Shown: one piece after another, positions 25,837 through 34,544 of the stretch | Layout of the letters: each line of letters starts with the position of its first letter | Numbering within the stretch: the stretch's first letter is position 1 | Source of the DNA: Archangium sp. | GTDB taxonomy: Bacteria; Myxococcota; Myxococcia; Myxococcales; Myxococcaceae | Assembly: GCA_043737315.1 (NCBI GenBank) | Contig: JAYTAT010000911.1 | Location: 1 to 41,681 of the forward strand | Reading direction: 5' to 3' | DNA length: 41,681 bases | Made by a program: the position numbers and the translations under genes | The notes under the pieces: model-generated | Told to the model about the DNA's origin: nothing | The model's input: only the letters and a program-made list of their open reading frames with translations | Databases searched by the model: none

Positions 25837-26556
25837 GTGGAAACCCCTGATGCACTGACGAACCCAACACCCGTGACGCCCATCCGTGTGTTCGTGGTGG
25901 AGGATCAGACGAAGATCCTCAAGAACCAGCTCAAGCTGCTCGAGGGTCACCCCGAGTTGGCCATCATCGGCACCGCGCTCTCGGGAGAAACCGGGCTCGA
26001 AGAGGTGCGAAGGCTCAAGCCCGACGTGCTGTTGCTCGACCTCGGCCTGCCCCGCATGAGCGGCATCGACGTCACCCGGGTGGTGAAAGCCGAGATGCCT
26101 TCGATCGAGATCCTCATCTTCACCATCTTCGACGAAGAGGACAAAGTGCTCGAAGCCGTGAAGGCCGGCGCTTCGGGGTACCTGCTCAAGGGCACGCCCG
26201 CCGACAAGATGGTCGAGGCGATCAAAGAGGTGCACGCCGGCGGCACGGTGATTCAGCCCAACCTGGCCAGGCGGCTGCTCAAACACTTCCGCGTCGGAGA
26301 GCCACCGCCCGCTGCTGCGCCCGGCCCCGCCCACACGCAGCAGCCCGAGCCCGAAGGCAAGAAGCTGTCGGCAAGAGAGACGGAGATTCTTCAGCTGATC
26401 GCCAAGGGCGTCTCGAACAGCGAGGCGGCCACCATGCTCACGCTCTCGAAGGCGACCATCCGCACGCACCTCGAGCACATCTACCGCAAGCTCGAGGTCA
26501 CCAACCGGGTCGAGGCCGTCACCGAAGGCCTGCGCAAGGGCCTCATTCAGATGTAA
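25837..26556 (+). CDS. response regulator, NarL/LuxR family (REC + HTH)
   Basis: GTG 25837 lies 5 nt after GAGGAG. Receiver VFVVEDQ...DVLLLDLGLPRMSG. Pro/Ala linker. LuxR HTH LSARETEILQLIAKGVSNSEAATMLTLSKATIRTHLEHIYRKL. Confidence 0.9.
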   Translation: METPDALTNPTPVTPIRVFVVEDQTKILKNQLKLLEGHPELAIIGTALSGETGLEEVRRLKPDVLLLDLGLPRMSGIDVTRVVKAEMPSIEILIFTIFDEEDKVLEAVKAGASGYLLKGTPADKMVEAIKEVHAGGTVIQPNLARRLLKHFRVGEPPPAAAPGPAHTQQPEPEGKKLSARETEILQLIAKGVSNSEAATMLTLSKATIRTHLEHIYRKLEVTNRVEAVTEGLRKGLIQM

Positions 26557-26588
26557 AAAAAAGCGGCCGGCGTTTCCGCCAGCCGCTT
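26555..26588. terminator. bidirectional rho-independent terminator between convergent genes
   Basis: A8 tract, then AAGCGGCCGGCG-TTTC-CGCCAGCCGCTT (12-bp stem, 1 mismatch). On the minus strand the hairpin is followed by T8. Confidence 0.75.
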
Positions 26589-26614
26589 CGTTCACCGCGT
26601 CGAGCCTCTGCCTC

Positions 26615-28081
26615 TTAGAGGCAGAAGCCGACGCGAGCGCCGGTGGTGCTGGTGACGCGGCGGCAGCTGGTGCCAGCCGCGCAACGGGCGCTGGGCCCGG
26701 TGGCACAGCGGGCCGGGCCCGTGCCGCCATCGGTGGGGTTGCAGTCGAGGTCGCACACCGCCGTGCAGCTGGCAGCCCGGTCGGCGTCGAGCGAGGTGCA
26801 CAGCTGAGCCGAACCACAGGCGGCGCCGCGGAAGGCGTCGGTCTCGAGGCAGGTGGCACCCACGGCCGCGATCAGCGGGCGCTGGGGGATGCAGATGCCC
26901 TCGCCGTTGTTGCTGACCACGAGCTCACCGCTCGCTTCGGTCGGCACGCAGCTCGAGGGCGAGGTGCCCACGTTGGCGCAGGTGTTCCTGGCGGCATCGA
27001 ACACGTTGCACTTCTTCATGCACACGCCGAGCACCGCGTTGGAGTTCGGGTCGGTGTAGCGCAGCGTGTTCACGCAGGCCTCGGCGGCGCCGCACTCGGG
27101 CTGGGGGGGGAAGCCGAGCGCAGGGGGCTGCGCGTTGCACATGCGCAAGCACACGCCGTCATCGCCGCCACGCGTCTTGGTGCACTGCAGGCCCGTCGCG
27201 CACTGAGTGGCGGTGGTACCGGCGCTGAAGTCATCGCGGCAAGCCTGGCCTTCGGCGGCCACGCCAGGGGGGCGGCAGGTTTCAGTCGGGTACACGCCAT
27301 CGTTCCAGAACTGGAAGATGACGTAGCTGCAGTTGCCCGTGCCCTTGCCCTCGGGCTCGGTGAGCACGCCCGCCCCGCTCCTGAGGAGGCAGGTGTTGCC
27401 GACCGTTACGGTCAGACGCAGCGGGGCGCCCGCGTCGTCGCGCTCGAAGCCACCGTCGCGGGCAGGTTTGGTCTGGTTGCACTCCTGATCTCTGAACAGA
27501 CCAGAGGGCAGGCAGCCGACCATCGAGCAGATTTCTCCGCGCTGGCACTGGTTGTCATCCATGCAGGTCTTCGTGCAGACCGCGAGATCATCGCCGAACA
27601 CCGGCTGGCAGGTGAACATCGAGGGACACGGCGAGCTGAGGTCACCCTGCTTGCACTGCTGGAGCGACTTGGGGTTCGAGCAGGTCGCGCCGTTGCACCA
27701 CTTGCCGGCCGCGCGGCAGGTGTCGAGCGCGCCAGAGAGGCTGGAAAGGCAAGCGCACGCGCCGCCGAGGCACGCGACCTGACCCGGGTCGCACAGGTTG
27801 CCGCCACAGGTGATCGCCGCGGTGCGGCACTGGAAGACCCCTTCCATGATTTTCACGCAGGTGCCGCCGTCGCAGCCCCCGCAGGCATCGACGCAGGTGC
27901 GCGTGGCGGTGTTGCAGATCTGGTTGCCCGCACAACCACCCGAGCACGCATCACGCGGCGGAGGATTGCCGGCGTCGAACGCGACGTCATTGCCGTCGGG
28001 CTTGGGGGTGATCGGCGGACATGCGGTCAGAACGAGTGCGAGCGCGGCGATGGAAACGGCGCTCAAGCTGCGGAGACTCAT
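26615..28081 (-). CDS. very Cys-rich secreted lipoprotein
   Basis: MSLRSLSAVSIAALALVLTAC lipobox. My hand count gives about 51 Cys in 488 aa, spaced as in disulfide-knotted modules. Confidence 0.75.
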   Translation of the reverse strand: MSLRSLSAVSIAALALVLTACPPITPKPDGNDVAFDAGNPPPRDACSGGCAGNQICNTATRTCVDACGGCDGGTCVKIMEGVFQCRTAAITCGGNLCDPGQVACLGGACACLSSLSGALDTCRAAGKWCNGATCSNPKSLQQCKQGDLSSPCPSMFTCQPVFGDDLAVCTKTCMDDNQCQRGEICSMVGCLPSGLFRDQECNQTKPARDGGFERDDAGAPLRLTVTVGNTCLLRSGAGVLTEPEGKGTGNCSYVIFQFWNDGVYPTETCRPPGVAAEGQACRDDFSAGTTATQCATGLQCTKTRGGDDGVCLRMCNAQPPALGFPPQPECGAAEACVNTLRYTDPNSNAVLGVCMKKCNVFDAARNTCANVGTSPSSCVPTEASGELVVSNNGEGICIPQRPLIAAVGATCLETDAFRGAACGSAQLCTSLDADRAASCTAVCDLDCNPTDGGTGPARCATGPSARCAAGTSCRRVTSTTGARVGFCL

Positions 28082-28164
28082 GAGATTCCTTAAGGGAAGG
28101 CTGGCCAGGCGAAACGCGGCTTGTAGGGATTCAGGTAGGGAGTGTCAACACACGGAAAGAGGAA

Positions 28165-29613
28165 TCAGAAGCTCGCCGTCACGCCCCAGATGATCGAGTG
28201 AAACGACTCTTCGCCCACGCCGCCACATTGGAGCTCGTTGCAGACGGTCCATTTCTGGCCCTGGCCGTAGTAGCGATCGGTGAAGCCCTGGTAGCGCCAG
28301 CGTACGGTGTAACCGAGCGGCCCCCACACCTCGCCTGAGAGACCCAACTCGAGCCCGAGGCCCGTGGCCGTGGCGCCGCCGGTCGGATCGTTCAGGTTGC
28401 CGTAGCCGACGATCTGATCCGCGGCCGGCCGCGGGTTGAAGAAGTACGAGAGCACCACCTCGACGCGCACGAACTTGTTGACGGGCACCGCGGCGTCGAT
28501 GCCCAGCGTGGGGAAGCCGATGCCCGTGGGATACACGCGCTCGCTCGAGGGCAACGAGGTGCCGGCCTTGGGGTCGATCAAGAAGCTGCGTGACTGCAGG
28601 CCGCCGCGAAGACCGACCCAGCCCACCGGCTGTGGATCGCCGTAGCCCATCTGAAAATGGTACCGCCACGCGAGCTGCGCGGAGAAGCCGATGTCATCGC
28701 TCTTCACCGTCTGCTCGGGCCCCTGCCCTTGCATCGACTCCTCGACGATGCGGGTCTGCGACTGACCGTACTGAAAGCCTATCAACACGCCGAAGCCCTG
28801 GAGAATGCGGTTGTCCAGGCGCGCCAGGGGAAAGACGTCGGCATTCAACGACAGGCCCAGGTACGGAACGCTCGCGGTGAAGTCGATGGAGATGCCGGTG
28901 GGCGGCACCTGCGCGAGGTCGTACGCCTTGCAATTGGCCACCCCCGGCCGCAGGCACTGACTTCGCCAGGTGGTGCTGCCGGCCAGCCACACGCGGAAGA
29001 GCGGCACCGGAACGTGGGTCTGCTTCTTCTTGCGGTTGGGGTCTTCGAGGTCGGTGTCGCGATCTTCCGGGGGTGCGCCGCCGGTGATCACGCCGCGCTC
29101 ACCGGTGCCGTCGGTCTGGGTGAGATCGAGGCCGGGTGATTCTTCCGCAGGCGGCGTCTCTTCTGCCGGAGGCGTGGTGCGGGCTGCGCCTTGCGTGGCG
29201 GCCGCGGCGATGGCGCGCGCGAGCTTGCCGGCGAAGTCTTCGCTGAGCAGCCCCTTCTTGACCGGCAGATCCTTGGCCCACAGCTGCTCGCCGACGCGGT
29301 CGTAGATGAGGACCTTGTAGGTGCCTTCGATCACTTCACCGCCCACGGCCGCGTCGAGGTTGAGGGATTTTGCGGCGCGCGCGATGCCGACCGGGGTCAT
29401 CGCGGCAGCGCCCCTCATCTTCTTCTTCGCCGCGGCGTCCTTGAACGCCTTCAGGGGAATGAGGTCGACCGCGGCGGCTGAACGAACGGCCGCTTCGACC
29501 TGCGCGCGGAGTTTACCCTGGGGATCTCCGTCGAGCTCCAGGATCACGACCTTCTGGGCGAAGGCCGGAGCGGCGAGGAGCATCACGAGCGCGAGGACTG
29601 ACGAGAGGCGCAT
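28165..29613 (-). CDS. outer-membrane beta-barrel protein with N-terminal soluble domain
   Basis: Signal peptide MRLSSVLALVMLLAAPAFA. Acidic/Pro linker. C-terminal about 300 aa of alternating strands ending ...IIWGVTASF (terminal Phe OMP signature). Confidence 0.7.
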   Translation of the reverse strand: MRLSSVLALVMLLAAPAFAQKVVILELDGDPQGKLRAQVEAAVRSAAAVDLIPLKAFKDAAAKKKMRGAAAMTPVGIARAAKSLNLDAAVGGEVIEGTYKVLIYDRVGEQLWAKDLPVKKGLLSEDFAGKLARAIAAAATQGAARTTPPAEETPPAEESPGLDLTQTDGTGERGVITGGAPPEDRDTDLEDPNRKKKQTHVPVPLFRVWLAGSTTWRSQCLRPGVANCKAYDLAQVPPTGISIDFTASVPYLGLSLNADVFPLARLDNRILQGFGVLIGFQYGQSQTRIVEESMQGQGPEQTVKSDDIGFSAQLAWRYHFQMGYGDPQPVGWVGLRGGLQSRSFLIDPKAGTSLPSSERVYPTGIGFPTLGIDAAVPVNKFVRVEVVLSYFFNPRPAADQIVGYGNLNDPTGGATATGLGLELGLSGEVWGPLGYTVRWRYQGFTDRYYGQGQKWTVCNELQCGGVGEESFHSIIWGVTASF

Positions 29614-29672
29614 GGGCGCGCCTTATGCCGTCATTCGCCGCACGTGTTCAACTCTCACACATCGACGAATTC

Positions 29673-30350
29673 TCACGCCGTGAGAATGGGCCAGCCGCGC
29701 GAGAGGCCGTCGAGCACGAGCTGGTTGCGCGAATCGCGGGGAGAAATGACCAACGCGTGCTGCGAGAACGCGAGCATGTCGACGTCGAAGTCGCCGTTGC
29801 CCACGCCGAGCGCGGGCTGAAGTTTGGCGCGCTCGAGCCAGGTGACCTTGCCGGGGCCGACGGGCACGGGCAGCTCGACCTCGCCGGTGAGCTTGCCGTC
29901 ACGGATGGAGCAGGTGACGCCGATCACCTGGTTCACCGGGATGCCCAGGGCGACCGCGCCGGGCACCACCACCCACCGGGGCGAGGCGCTGCAGATCCAC
30001 ACCGGGCAGCCAGCCTCTTTGAGCCTCGCCAGCAGGGGCCGCACGAAAGGGAAGATGCGGCCGACGATGCGCTCGGCGAAGAAGGTGGTGCAGGCCTGCT
30101 CGAGCTCGGTCTGGGTGAGATCGCGCATCACCTCGACGCAGTAGGCGTACGCGCGCGCGTGCGATTGCCCGAGCAACTTCTCGTATCGGTCGTAGCTGGC
30201 CTCGAAGATCCCGCGGTGAATGGCGTAGCGCAGAAAGTCTTCTCCGGCGTCGCCGCGCCAGAGCGTGCCGTCGGCGTCGAACACGACGCTCTGACCTGCA
30301 TGGGCGCGGGCGATGGTGTCGATCAACGCGGTCACAGGCGGGGGAAGCAT
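29673..30350 (-). CDS. HAD-superfamily hydrolase (subfamily IB-like)
   Basis: ATG 30350. Motif I VVFDADGTLW, ...ICSASP..., ...GVGNGDFDVDML. Confidence 0.75.
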   Translation of the reverse strand: MLPPPVTALIDTIARAHAGQSVVFDADGTLWRGDAGEDFLRYAIHRGIFEASYDRYEKLLGQSHARAYAYCVEVMRDLTQTELEQACTTFFAERIVGRIFPFVRPLLARLKEAGCPVWICSASPRWVVVPGAVALGIPVNQVIGVTCSIRDGKLTGEVELPVPVGPGKVTWLERAKLQPALGVGNGDFDVDMLAFSQHALVISPRDSRNQLVLDGLSRGWPILTA

Positions 30351-30381
30351 GGCGCGGGTTCTAGCTGTTACGCTGTGCAGG

Positions 30382-30825
30382 ATGCGACCGACAGCGCTCA
30401 TCACCCTGGTGGTTCTGGCCAGCTGCGGGCCCAACGCTTCGCCTTGCACGACGTGTCCACCCGTCGATGGTCTCTATTCGGTGACGTGGGGCGTCGATGC
30501 AGGCGTGGCTTCGGCCGATGGCGGCATGTGCTCGATCTCGGGGCCACGCGTGCCGACCTGGAGGCTCGAGCAAGCCGGCACACGGGTGACGACCACCATC
30601 GAAGACGTGAACCTCGGCGGCACGATCTACGACACGTTCGATCTGGTGCTGTCGGGGTCGGCCAGCACGCGAAGCTACCGGCTGCGTTCGGTGGTGATCC
30701 CCGAGGGCAACAGCCTGGATGCGGGCATTCGGCTGCAGGGCACCTTCACCACACGCACGCTGCCGATGTCGGGCGAGCCGTGCGAGGTGAATGAGTCGTT
30801 CACCGCCCAGCGCACCTCGCGCTGA
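30382..30825 (+). CDS. small lipoprotein, unknown function
   Basis: ATG 30382 gives MRPTALITLVVLASC (lipobox). 147 aa. Confidence 0.55.
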   Translation: MRPTALITLVVLASCGPNASPCTTCPPVDGLYSVTWGVDAGVASADGGMCSISGPRVPTWRLEQAGTRVTTTIEDVNLGGTIYDTFDLVLSGSASTRSYRLRSVVIPEGNSLDAGIRLQGTFTTRTLPMSGEPCEVNESFTAQRTSR

Positions 30826-30842
30826 AGAGTTTCTGAAACGTC

Positions 30843-30873
30843 GACGGCCCAGCGCTTGGAGCGCTGAGCCGTC
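30843..30873. terminator. 13-bp stem hairpin between convergent genes
   Basis: GACGGCCCAGCGC-TTGGA-GCGCTGAGCCGTC (1 mismatch). There is no clear U-tract on either strand. Confidence 0.4.
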
Positions 30874-30896
30874 AAGGGCGACCCGAAACGGCGGTC

Positions 30897-31019
30897 TTAC
30901 TTCTTCTTCTTGCCGGTGCTGGCGGCCTTCACGGCGGCCTTCTTGCGCTCGGCGCGCTTCTTCCACTTGAGGCGGATCTTGCTGCGAACTCGGCGGTGCT
31001 TCGACTTGCTGTTGGCCAT
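30897..31019 (-). CDS. 40-aa highly basic small protein
   Basis: ATG 31019 is preceded by AGGAG and a 5-nt spacer. MANSKSKHRRVRSKIRLKWKKRAERKKAAVKAASTGKKKK. Confidence 0.5.
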   Translation of the reverse strand: MANSKSKHRRVRSKIRLKWKKRAERKKAAVKAASTGKKKK

Positions 31020-31074
31020 AGGGGCTCCTGAAAAGCTGTTGGAACCGGGTGCGTACCAGAACCTTGGGAAGCGA

Positions 31075-32370
31075 TCACCCCCCTTTGTCGTCCTCTTCCT
31101 TGTCGGGCATCGGCCGGGTGGGAAAAGGCATGCCCTCGGCGCTGCGCACCCGGGTGGGCTGGGCCTCGTCGAGGTTGAAGCCCAGCTGCGATTCCGCCGC
31201 CACATCGTCCGTGGCGGGTACGGCGGGCTGATCGGGCCGCAGCTTCACGGAGGCGAAGATGGGCCGGGTGGCGTCGACGAACCTTCGCACTTCGTCGAGC
31301 GGCAAGGCGGGCACCAGGTGGCCATGGGCCCCTGCCATCTCGGTGGCCATGCACATGGAGTTGAGGATCGCCTCTTCGGTGGCCTCCATGACCGCCTCGT
31401 AGAGCGGATCCAGCCGCGCATCGAGCAGCAGCTTCATCTTGTAGACCATCTTGTTCGTGCGCCGGGGCACCACGTTCGCCGTCGAGAAGCCGACCACGAT
31501 CTCGCCTGAGCCGTGGGCGGCGTAGCTCCCCACCCGGCCGATACCAAGCGCGACGCGTTTGCACAGGCGGTTGATCTGGTGCGGCAACAGCGGCGCGTCG
31601 GTGGCCACCACCGCGATGATCGACCCGTAGCTCTTGATGCGCCGGGGCATGCCGCGGAACTTCTCGGCGAGCACTTCCCCCACCGGCATGCCGGCGACGC
31701 GGAGGTTGTGCATCCTTCCAAAGTTGCTCATCACCAGCACACCCAGCGTGTAGCCGCCGTGCACCGGGGGCAGCTTGCGCGAGCTGGTGCCGATGCCCGC
31801 CTTGAAGTCGCAGGTGATCATACCCGTGCCGCCGCCCACAGCGCCCTCTTCGACCACGCCCGACTTCGCCCGCTTGAGCGCCTCGCGTACGTGCTCTTCC
31901 CTCACGTGCCGGCCCGCGATGTCATTCAGGTAGCTGTCGTCGCACTCGCCCACGACCGGAATGATCACGTCGTGCTCGTCGCCGATGCCCGGGTGGCTCT
32001 CGACCATGGTGCGCGCCAGCGCGTCGCTCACCGCGCCCACGGCCATGGTGTTGGTGAGCATGATGGGGGTCTCGAGCAGGCCCCATTCCACCACCTGGGT
32101 CAGGCCAGAGACTTCACCCGCGCCGTTGAGCACGAAGGCGCCGCCGGCGAGGCGATCCATGAAGATGTTGCCGTCGTTGGGGATGATGGCGGTCACGCCG
32201 GTGCGCACCGGGCCCTTGCCGACTGACAACGGGCCAGGCGCGCCTTCGATGATGGTGGAGTGACCGACGAGCACGCCCTCCACGTCGGTGATCGAGTTGA
32301 ACTTGCCGGGCTTGAAGCGGCCCAGCGGAAGATCCAGTTCGCGGGCACGAACCCGATTGGAGGCCGACAT
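31075..32370 (-). CDS. peptidase S58 / DmpA family (self-processing L-aminopeptidase / D-Ala-esterase-amidase type)
   Basis: ATG 32370. ...NSITDVEGVLVGH...TGVTAI...GAVGGGTG..., with the probable autoprocessing site SYG|SIIAVVATDAPL. Acidic C-terminal tail of about 55 aa. Confidence 0.8.
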   Translation of the reverse strand: MSASNRVRARELDLPLGRFKPGKFNSITDVEGVLVGHSTIIEGAPGPLSVGKGPVRTGVTAIIPNDGNIFMDRLAGGAFVLNGAGEVSGLTQVVEWGLLETPIMLTNTMAVGAVSDALARTMVESHPGIGDEHDVIIPVVGECDDSYLNDIAGRHVREEHVREALKRAKSGVVEEGAVGGGTGMITCDFKAGIGTSSRKLPPVHGGYTLGVLVMSNFGRMHNLRVAGMPVGEVLAEKFRGMPRRIKSYGSIIAVVATDAPLLPHQINRLCKRVALGIGRVGSYAAHGSGEIVVGFSTANVVPRRTNKMVYKMKLLLDARLDPLYEAVMEATEEAILNSMCMATEMAGAHGHLVPALPLDEVRRFVDATRPIFASVKLRPDQPAVPATDDVAAESQLGFNLDEAQPTRVRSAEGMPFPTRPMPDKEEDDKGG

Positions 32371-32460
32371 TTCGCACACTGTACTCGGGACGCCCACCGT
32401 CCGGAGGGAACAGAAGCATGGATCGACGGGAGGCTGCTGATGACGACCTGGCAGGCTCGA

Positions 32461-34518
32461 TCAGGCCGCGTCGGCGTCGGCTCGATCACGACGGCGTGAA
32501 CCGCGTTCTTTGTACCGGCGAATGGCCCCCGAGAGGATCTCGCCGATGAGCGTGTGGTAATCCATGCCGTCGCCCTGGGCGATCAGCACGAGGTCGCTCC
32601 AGCCCGGGGTGAGCCCCGGCAGCGGGTTGCACTCGATGAAGTAGATGCGGCCCGTCTCATCCATGCGGAAGTCGATGCGCGCCACGTCGCGGCAACCCAG
32701 TGACATGAAGGCGGTGCGAGCCGAGGCACGCAGCCGCTCGAGCTGAGCGGGTTCGACCTTCGCCGGCACCTCGTAGCGAATGCGATCGTTCTCTTCGAGC
32801 TTGTCCTCGAACTTGTAGATCGGCGTCTTGTCAGACTTGTCGGTGAAGACGATCTCCATCGGGGGCAACACTTCGGGCCTGCGCTCACCCAGCAGACCCA
32901 CGGTGAACTCGCGGCCGCCGATGTATTCTTCGACCAGCGCGGGCTGCTGGTAGCGCTCGACCAACTCCTTGACCACTTCACGCAGCTCGGTCTCGTTGTG
33001 GCACACGCTCTTGCTGATCACGCCCTTGCTCGAGCCCTCGGCCACGGGCTTGACCATCAAGGGCCAGCGCACGAATTGTTTGTCGAGGCGTTCACGGCCG
33101 CTGCTCATCAGCTGGAAGTTCGGGGTGTCGAGGCCCGCGGCGCGCACCACACGTTTGGCCAGCGCCTTGTCGAGCGCGAGTGACAACGTCGCGGGATCAG
33201 AGCCCGTGTACGGAATGTCGAGCAGCTCGAGCAGCGCGGGCACCTGGCTCTCGCGGTTTCGGCCGCGGAACCCTTCGGCGATGTTGAACACCACGTCGAC
33301 CGGAGTGCTCGCGAGCACCATCGGCAGCTCGGCGGTGGCCTCGAGGTCGACCACCTCGTGACCGTGGCTGGCGATCGCCTCGCGAATGGCCTGCAGCGTG
33401 GTGGGCGAGTCGTACTCGGCTTCGCGATCTTCACCTTCCGCGGTCGGCTTGATGCGCTTGACGTTGAAGGTGAAGCCCACCTTGAGTGGACCCCGGCGCG
33501 TCGGGCGCGAGAGCCCACGCGGCTTGTCCTTGATCTTGTAGCGCTTGGCCGCGTTCTGAATCACCGCGTCGATCACGCCATCGAAGTGCAGCCCTTCGAG
33601 GGCCGCCGCCGCGTAGATACCCGCGCCCTGCTCGAGCGAAGGCAGCGCGTTGATCTCGAGGAAGTACGGCACCCCTGCGTCCGACAGGCGGAAGTCGACC
33701 CGGCCGAGATCCTTGCAGTCGAGCTTCTTGATGACCGTGCGCGCCATCTTGCGAATGCGCTCGCTCATGTCTTCGTCGATGGCCGCGGGGGCTCGCACGC
33801 TGACCGCCTTGTCGCGCGTGGTCTTCAACTCGTAGTCGTAGATGGAGTACCGCCGCGCCTTCGCGATGGCGGGGTCGATCACGTATTCGACGGGGCTGAG
33901 CACGCCGTCGAAGTCGTTGTCGACTGCCTCGAGGAACGGCACGGTCAGATCGCGGCCGACGATGAACTCTTCGACCAGCACGCCCGCGGGATACTTCTCG
34001 AGCGCCTTGATCACCTTGCGCCTGAGTTCGTCGACGGTCTCGGCCACCGAGTCTTGCGTGATGCCCTTGCTGCTGCCCTCGAAGTTGGGCTTCACGATGA
34101 CGGGAAAGTGGAGCTCGTCGGGCTTGAGCTCAGAGACCTTTTCCACGAACTGCCAGCCGGGCGTGCGCACGCCCAGCTCTCGGAGCACCAGCTTGGAGAG
34201 CTGCTTGTCGAGCGTCAACGCCAACGCGTAGGCGTCGCTGCCCGTGTACGGAAAACCGAGCTCCTCGAAGAGCGCGGGGAAGAACGCTTCACGGAAACGG
34301 CCGCGGCGGCCCTCGGCCGTGTTGAAGATGAGATCGGGTGAGAAGGCCTCGAGGCGCGCGACGGTGCGGGAGGCAGGGCCCGAGACCTCCATCTTCTCGA
34401 CCCGGTGGCCCAGGCGTTCGATCGCCGCGGCCAATGCGTTGACAGTCTCTTCCGTGTCGAACTCCGCTTCTTCTTCGGAGTCCGACAACCTCAAGTTGTG
34501 CGTGAGCGCGATGCGCAT
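32461..34518 (-). CDS. tandem-duplicated D-alanine--D-alanine-ligase-like ATP-grasp protein (two full modules)
   Basis: ATG 34518. Module 1 is MRIALTHN...FPVIVKPNFEGSSKGI...GRVDFRLSDAGVPYFLEINALPSL. Module 2 is LKVGFTFN...WPLMVKPVAEGSSKGV...ARIDFRMDETGRIYFIECNPLPGL. Confidence 0.8.
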   Translation of the reverse strand: MRIALTHNLRLSDSEEEAEFDTEETVNALAAAIERLGHRVEKMEVSGPASRTVARLEAFSPDLIFNTAEGRRGRFREAFFPALFEELGFPYTGSDAYALALTLDKQLSKLVLRELGVRTPGWQFVEKVSELKPDELHFPVIVKPNFEGSSKGITQDSVAETVDELRRKVIKALEKYPAGVLVEEFIVGRDLTVPFLEAVDNDFDGVLSPVEYVIDPAIAKARRYSIYDYELKTTRDKAVSVRAPAAIDEDMSERIRKMARTVIKKLDCKDLGRVDFRLSDAGVPYFLEINALPSLEQGAGIYAAAALEGLHFDGVIDAVIQNAAKRYKIKDKPRGLSRPTRRGPLKVGFTFNVKRIKPTAEGEDREAEYDSPTTLQAIREAIASHGHEVVDLEATAELPMVLASTPVDVVFNIAEGFRGRNRESQVPALLELLDIPYTGSDPATLSLALDKALAKRVVRAAGLDTPNFQLMSSGRERLDKQFVRWPLMVKPVAEGSSKGVISKSVCHNETELREVVKELVERYQQPALVEEYIGGREFTVGLLGERRPEVLPPMEIVFTDKSDKTPIYKFEDKLEENDRIRYEVPAKVEPAQLERLRASARTAFMSLGCRDVARIDFRMDETGRIYFIECNPLPGLTPGWSDLVLIAQGDGMDYHTLIGEILSGAIRRYKERGSRRRDRADADAA

Positions 34519-34544
34519 TGGGTCAAGCCCTCTTCCGCCGGGCG

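Noticed and set aside
24461-25870. N-terminal ~470 aa of the 697-aa minus-strand ORF, including a His7 run
   Set aside because: This part is antisense to the histidine kinase gene. The His run is simply the complement of the (GTG)n stretch that encodes a Val-rich TM helix. The E1 gene has its own AAGGAG and GTG start at 24460.
25810-26859. 349-aa minus-strand ORF
   Set aside because: It is antisense to the NarL-type response regulator and runs into the real Cys-rich lipoprotein gene in another frame. No motifs are present.
33358-34341. 327-aa plus-strand ORF
   Set aside because: It is antisense to the didomain ATP-grasp gene and is a shadow ORF.
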